A stretch of 63,885 nt of DNA, filler included, from an uncultured bacterium (GTDB lineage Bacteria > Latescibacterota > UBA2968), in NCBI GenBank assembly GCA_964471275.1. It is 5 parts of 5 records of this genome, joined end to end, with 100 filler letters (N's around TTAATTAATTAA, not from the genome) between each part and the next. Parts side by side here need not be neighbours in the genome. Positions count along the whole stretch, not along the records: positions 53,856 to 63,885 come from CAYYGZ010000173.1; 4 more parts are not named here. One strand, 5' to 3'. The translations under genes and the position numbers were made by a program. Positions 59,672 through 63,885 of the stretch are shown here, piece after piece. The stretch's first letter is position 1. Every line of letters starts with the position of its first letter. The notes beneath the pieces are model-generated. The model worked only from the letters and a program-made list of their open reading frames with translations, had not been told where the DNA came from and did no database searches.

Positions 59672-60646
59672 CTACGTCGCATCCCGTTCATCGAGCGGCG
59701 TCCAGCCGCGTCCCGGGTTCGGCGGACGATTCTCTTCGTATCGCGACCGGATCGCCTGGAAAACGTCGATTTCTGTGACCTCTCTTTCCGGGCTTGTCGG
59801 TGACTTGATGATGAAATCGGCCTCGGGTGGATAGCACGCCATCGTCACCGGATCGCGTTCAGAGGTGTACGATTCAGGCACCTCGTCAACGTTGCTTGGC
59901 ACATCCGCGCTGTGGTAGCGCAGGTCGACACTCCAGCGTACGATGTCTGTTCGGTTCTCGAATGATGCGTGGGCGGTCAGGTTGGTCATGAAGAGGACGT
60001 CACCGGCGCGCATTTCACAACAGACTGGCTCGGGTGTTGGCAGGTCCTCTGGTGCGATCTCCAGGAAGCCGCCATGACCACCGGTATAGTGTCGGATGAT
60101 GCCCTGTTTGTGTGTGCCGGGAAGGACGTGTACACAGCCATTTTCGGCGGTCGCATCGACCATGGGGATCCAGCAGGTGAGGACCAGCTTTGCATCGCAG
60201 TGCGGAAGGAAGTAACCCGAGTCCTGATGCCAGGGTACTTCGCCCTCCTCGAACTCGGGCATCTTGGGACGAACACGGTAGACGGACGAACCCACAATCT
60301 CCGGTCCAACGAATTGCCCGACGCATTCGAGCAGATCCGGGTGCCGAAGGAAATCTAGCATCGCCTGCTCCTTGAAGAAGCCACCCCCACGCCCACCAAC
60401 GGCACGGAGCGCTTCCCGCGCTGCTTCAGCATCCTCGCGATAGATCTCCGTCAACTGACGTCCAAAACCTTCTTCTGCATATGTCCTGGATAGCTTTCCT
60501 TCCCTGACCAGTCTCTCCGCTGATACTGTGATCGCCCCACTCAGGGCGTTCCGGAGCGGTTGGATCGATTCCTGGGCACAGACGCCACGCTTGATCACAT
60601 ACCCGAGCTCGTCGAATTGCTCGAGTTCTGATTGGCTGAGTATCAT
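59672..60646 (-). CDS. Phytanoyl-CoA dioxygenase (PhyH) family
   Basis: Start MILSQSELEQFDELGY after GGAG; PWHQD, ENGC...PG.H, HAS..N, RWS.DLRY. Confidence 0.9.
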   Translation of the reverse strand: MILSQSELEQFDELGYVIKRGVCAQESIQPLRNALSGAITVSAERLVREGKLSRTYAEEGFGRQLTEIYREDAEAAREALRAVGGRGGGFFKEQAMLDFLRHPDLLECVGQFVGPEIVGSSVYRVRPKMPEFEEGEVPWHQDSGYFLPHCDAKLVLTCWIPMVDATAENGCVHVLPGTHKQGIIRHYTGGHGGFLEIAPEDLPTPEPVCCEMRAGDVLFMTNLTAHASFENRTDIVRWSVDLRYHSADVPSNVDEVPESYTSERDPVTMACYPPEADFIIKSPTSPEREVTEIDVFQAIRSRYEENRPPNPGRGWTPLDERDAT

Positions 60647-61179
60647 GTCCATTCTCCGATCGTCACACGGGTCAGCATTCTTCTGTCCCCCGGCGTTCTC
60701 GTGGGTCCGCCTGTATCTCACGTTAACGGACGAGCTCGACAAGATCACGTGATGTTCGCCCTGCAGAGGCCCAGAAGGGCCCGGCCATGAGGCAAGTACA
60801 GCAAGGTCATCTAGGATCAAAATGTATCGTTTTTGTGGGCATCCTGCCAGGAGTTGGGTGGTTATCCCCATCTATCGAGACTGTCAGGATCTCAGGTCGC
60901 ACGTGCCCGCAGCTGATTGTGTTCATCGACTGCTTGCGAAAGAGGACGCTCAGGCACAAGTTAGCCGTCAGGGGGGCCCGAGGAGATACGCTTCTACAGC
61001 ACAGGTGTGAGTCAAGCGAACCCTAATCATCCTGTGAGATCTTCCCTCTACAAGTCAATCCCAGTCGTGGGATGGACAGTGTCCGATCCCCGACGACGAT
61101 TTCGACGGGCTCAATACCGTCAATTCAAGATGACAACCCGATCGGAGTAGGGTCTGTGGAGTCAGCAGAACCAAAGGAA

Positions 61180-61437
61180 CTTGGGTTCGAGGTGGTGCAG
61201 TATCTGGATGGCCAAGGCTCGGTGTGGGACTTCAATCTGGCAGCGGGCAAACTGGGTGCAGATCGCCTGATCTTCGGTGCGGGTCTGCCCTACTACGACT
61301 ATCGGGTGCTGCAGAAGACGATAGAAGAGGCTGATGTCTCCAAGGAGTTGAAGTACAAGATCGCCTATAAGAACATCATTCCGCTCATTCAGAGTTACAA
61401 TCCGGAGTGGGTGATGCCCGAGGAGCCGATTCGATAG
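61180..61437 (+). pseudogene. C-terminal remnant of an amidohydrolase-like protein
   Basis: LGADRLIFGAGLPYYD...KIAYKN resembles an amidohydrolase_2 C-terminus; no matching N-terminus upstream. Confidence 0.5.
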
Positions 61438-61594
61438 CATTGCGTTGGTCAGAAGGAAGTGCTGTGGGCGGCGGCGGAGAAGAATCCGGTGCGACTGACC
61501 GGGCTTACCTAGGATCGAGGATTGAGGACCAGAGTCGAATGGCTGGGGAGTGCAATCGAGTGCACGCGAACGTTTTGACTGGGATGGATGAGCT

Positions 61595-62461
61595 ATGGGA
61601 GTTCTGAGCCAGGATGATAAGGTGTTCTGGGAGGAAAACGGGTATGTGGTTGTGAAGAACGCAGTCCCTCCGGAGAATCTCAACGCGATGGTTCAGGCGA
61701 TCTGGGATTTCCTCGAAGTGGATGGGACCGACCCGGAGAACTGGTATCACCACGCACCCCGCAGTCGGAATGACGAGAACGATCAGTCTCCGATTTCTCT
61801 CGCCGGGATGGTCGAGATGTATCAGCACCAGGCGATCTGGGACAATCGTCAGTTCCCGCGGGTATATGGGGCGTTCCGTGATATCTGGGATCGGGAGGAC
61901 CTCTGGGTTACGCTGGACCGGGCGAACATGAAGCCGCCGGTGCGACCACAGAATCCCGAATGGGATCATCCCGGCATGATCCATTGGGATCTGGACACGT
62001 CAAAGGACCCGATTCCTTTCGGGGTTCAGGGCGTCCTATATCTGGCGGATACAGCAGAGGATCAGGGCGGGTTCCAGTGTGTGCCCGGTTTCCACTCCCT
62101 CTATCCCGAGTGGGTAAAGACACAACCCGAGGATCGCGACCCACGGCACCCGGATCTGGCGGGCTTGCACGTGAAGGCGATACCGGGTGAAGCGGGTGAC
62201 CTTCTGATCTGGCACAGGCTGCTCGCGCACGGGAACGGGCACAATCACTCGGCGCTACCCCGGCTGGCACAATATATATCCATGGCCCCGGCACGGCAGG
62301 AGGATGAGGAGACATGGGAGGCACGTGTCGCGTCCTGGCGCGAGGTGCGACCGATGGCGAACTGGCCAGGTGACCGGCGTGGATGGGAAGCCGAGCACTA
62401 TGATTCTGCAACGTTGACGGAATTGGGGGAGAAGCTGCTTGGGGTGACTGCCTGGACATAG
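61595..62461 (+). CDS. Phytanoyl-CoA dioxygenase (PhyH) family
   Basis: FWEENGYVVV, IHWD, QGVLYL.D...GGF..VPG.H, AGDLLIW...L.HG. Confidence 0.9.
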   Translation: MGVLSQDDKVFWEENGYVVVKNAVPPENLNAMVQAIWDFLEVDGTDPENWYHHAPRSRNDENDQSPISLAGMVEMYQHQAIWDNRQFPRVYGAFRDIWDREDLWVTLDRANMKPPVRPQNPEWDHPGMIHWDLDTSKDPIPFGVQGVLYLADTAEDQGGFQCVPGFHSLYPEWVKTQPEDRDPRHPDLAGLHVKAIPGEAGDLLIWHRLLAHGNGHNHSALPRLAQYISMAPARQEDEETWEARVASWREVRPMANWPGDRRGWEAEHYDSATLTELGEKLLGVTAWT

Positions 62462-62590
62462 CGATCAGTGAGGTGATTTCAGCGGGAGACACGTCAGCGG
62501 GCAGTGCTTGGGAATCTTATAGAAGGGCGACGTCGTGATCAATCCGGTTTATCACACCCGGGCGGCCGGGAAAATTCGAGAGGTCAAGAA

Positions 62591-63757
62591 TTGAGCCACG
62601 AGATCGGGATCGGCGTTGTTGGAATGGGATGGATGGGTGAGGTCCACGCTAGATCCTACGCAAGTCTCAGAGCCCGATTTGGTGACGAGGCGCCAGACGT
62701 GCGTCTGGTCGTGTGTGCAGACGATGTTTCCGAACGGGCAGAGAAGGCTCGCAGCCTCCTCGGTTTCGACCGGTGTGCGATCGACTGGCGCGAGGTGATC
62801 GATGATGCAGGAGTGACGGCGGTCGTGGTGACGACACCGAACGCGACACATCGCGGAATCTGCGAGGCGGCCGCATCACAAGGGAAGCACGTGTTCTGTG
62901 AGAAACCCGTGGGCAGGAGCGGGGAGGACACACGAGGCATAGCCACGACCGCAGAGAAGGCAGGAGTGATATCGGGAGTCGGCTACAACTACCGTCATGT
63001 TCCTGTTGTCTCCCAGATCAACCGTCTGATCGCGTCAGGCAAGCTGGGTGAGATCACACAATACCACGGCCGGTTCCTGGTGGGCTATGGGAGCGATCCG
63101 AACGGCGTATTGTCCTGGCGGTTTCAGAGAGAGGCGGCAGGTTCGGGATGTCTTGGCGATCTGATGTCTCACGTGATCGACATGGCGCACTTTCAGGTCG
63201 GGCCAATTTGGAATGTGGCGAGTCGATCACACACGTTTATTGCAACGAGGCCGATCGTACAGCCCGGACAGGGAACGCATTTCTCGTCCGGTGGTGAGGG
63301 ACCGCGCGGCGAGGTTACGAACGATGACTACGTGTCTGCTCTCGTCGCGTTCGAGAACGGCGCACAGGGAACGTTCGAAGCTTCACGCGTGATCAAGGGG
63401 CCGGGATGCGAGATGGCTTTCGAGGTTTACGGGACGAAAGGCGCGGCGAAGTGGAACTTCGAACAGATGAATGAGTATGCGTTGTATCTGGACGCGGACG
63501 AGGAAGCGGGTTTCAGAACCGTTTTCGCCTCCCCGGCACACCCCCACTACGGTGCGTGGTATCCTGGGCCAGCGAACAGCATGGGTTATGAGGATCTGAA
63601 GGTGATCGAGGCACTGAAGTTTGTGAGGAGTGTGGCGTCAGGTAGACAGGAGTGCCCGGGTTTTGCAGAAGCGCTGAGGGTTGCAGAAGTCGAGGCCGCG
63701 ATGGAAAGGTCGTGGGGGTCTGGCGCTACAGAGCGAATTGCCAAGATAGGGGATTAG
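62591..63757 (+). CDS. Gfo/Idh/MocA oxidoreductase (inositol/sugar dehydrogenase-like)
   Basis: IGVVGMGWMG, TPNATH, GKHVFCEKP, GYNYR, GCLGDLMSH; TTG 62591 after GAGG. Confidence 0.93.
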   Translation: MSHEIGIGVVGMGWMGEVHARSYASLRARFGDEAPDVRLVVCADDVSERAEKARSLLGFDRCAIDWREVIDDAGVTAVVVTTPNATHRGICEAAASQGKHVFCEKPVGRSGEDTRGIATTAEKAGVISGVGYNYRHVPVVSQINRLIASGKLGEITQYHGRFLVGYGSDPNGVLSWRFQREAAGSGCLGDLMSHVIDMAHFQVGPIWNVASRSHTFIATRPIVQPGQGTHFSSGGEGPRGEVTNDDYVSALVAFENGAQGTFEASRVIKGPGCEMAFEVYGTKGAAKWNFEQMNEYALYLDADEEAGFRTVFASPAHPHYGAWYPGPANSMGYEDLKVIEALKFVRSVASGRQECPGFAEALRVAEVEAAMERSWGSGATERIAKIGD

Positions 63758-63786
63758 GCCCTACGGGGTGTGGGGGGGACCGGTAG

Positions 63787-63885
63787 GAGAGGTTATCCGA
63801 TGAACGGGGCGCTGAGCCCTCCTTTGGTACCCTCAGTGAGGCGCGTGACGCCATTGCAGACTATGCCAGCTACTATAACCAGGAG
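63787..63885 (+). mobile_element. Probable IS3/IS481-type transposase C-terminal remnant
   Basis: Frame from 63787 reads ...SFGTLSEARDAIADYASYYNQE, matching the F.TL.EA..I..Y..YYN.ER end of integrase-core domains. Preceded by an in-frame TAG and cut by the window end. Confidence 0.5.

Overview
This window is five unrelated ~10-13.4 kb draft-genome contigs joined by artificial 100-nt spacers (N44-TTAATTAATTAA-N44 at 13439, 26967, 40478 and 53756), so gene neighbourhood is meaningful only within a contig. The source is a moderately GC-rich bacterium; a diderm carbohydrate/sulfate degrader is inferred from gene content. Contig 1 carries an exopolysaccharide locus (ExeA-like ATPase, HD-GYP, Wza, and a Wzc kinase with an extra TM+SPOR tail) that ends in a chimeric junction. 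Divergent from it is an XRE regulator / KAP-NTPase-FGE / TsdA-like diheme cytochrome c operon. Contig 2 holds catabolic genes (sulfatase, sugar isomerases, M14 peptidase, frameshifted MFS). Contig 3 holds purL, a dapA-like/galE-galT fusion/galK operon, greA with a leader terminator, and rlmD, GHL10, rplQ and rpoA. Contig 4 holds adenosine deaminase, a serine hydrolase, two prs copies (one with a stop), hisI, mraY, an amidohydrolase, nadA and an RND fragment. It also has a decaying archaeal-type thrS::metG remnant preceded by a Thr/His/Met-rich leader ORF and terminator (candidate multivalent attenuator). Contig 5 holds a xanthine-dehydrogenase-family L-M-S operon, a TolB-like pseudogene, two PhyH dioxygenases, a Gfo/Idh/MocA oxidoreductase and a probable IS remnant. 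No rRNA, tRNA or CRISPR array was recognised. All calls come from motif reading by eye; no searches were run.
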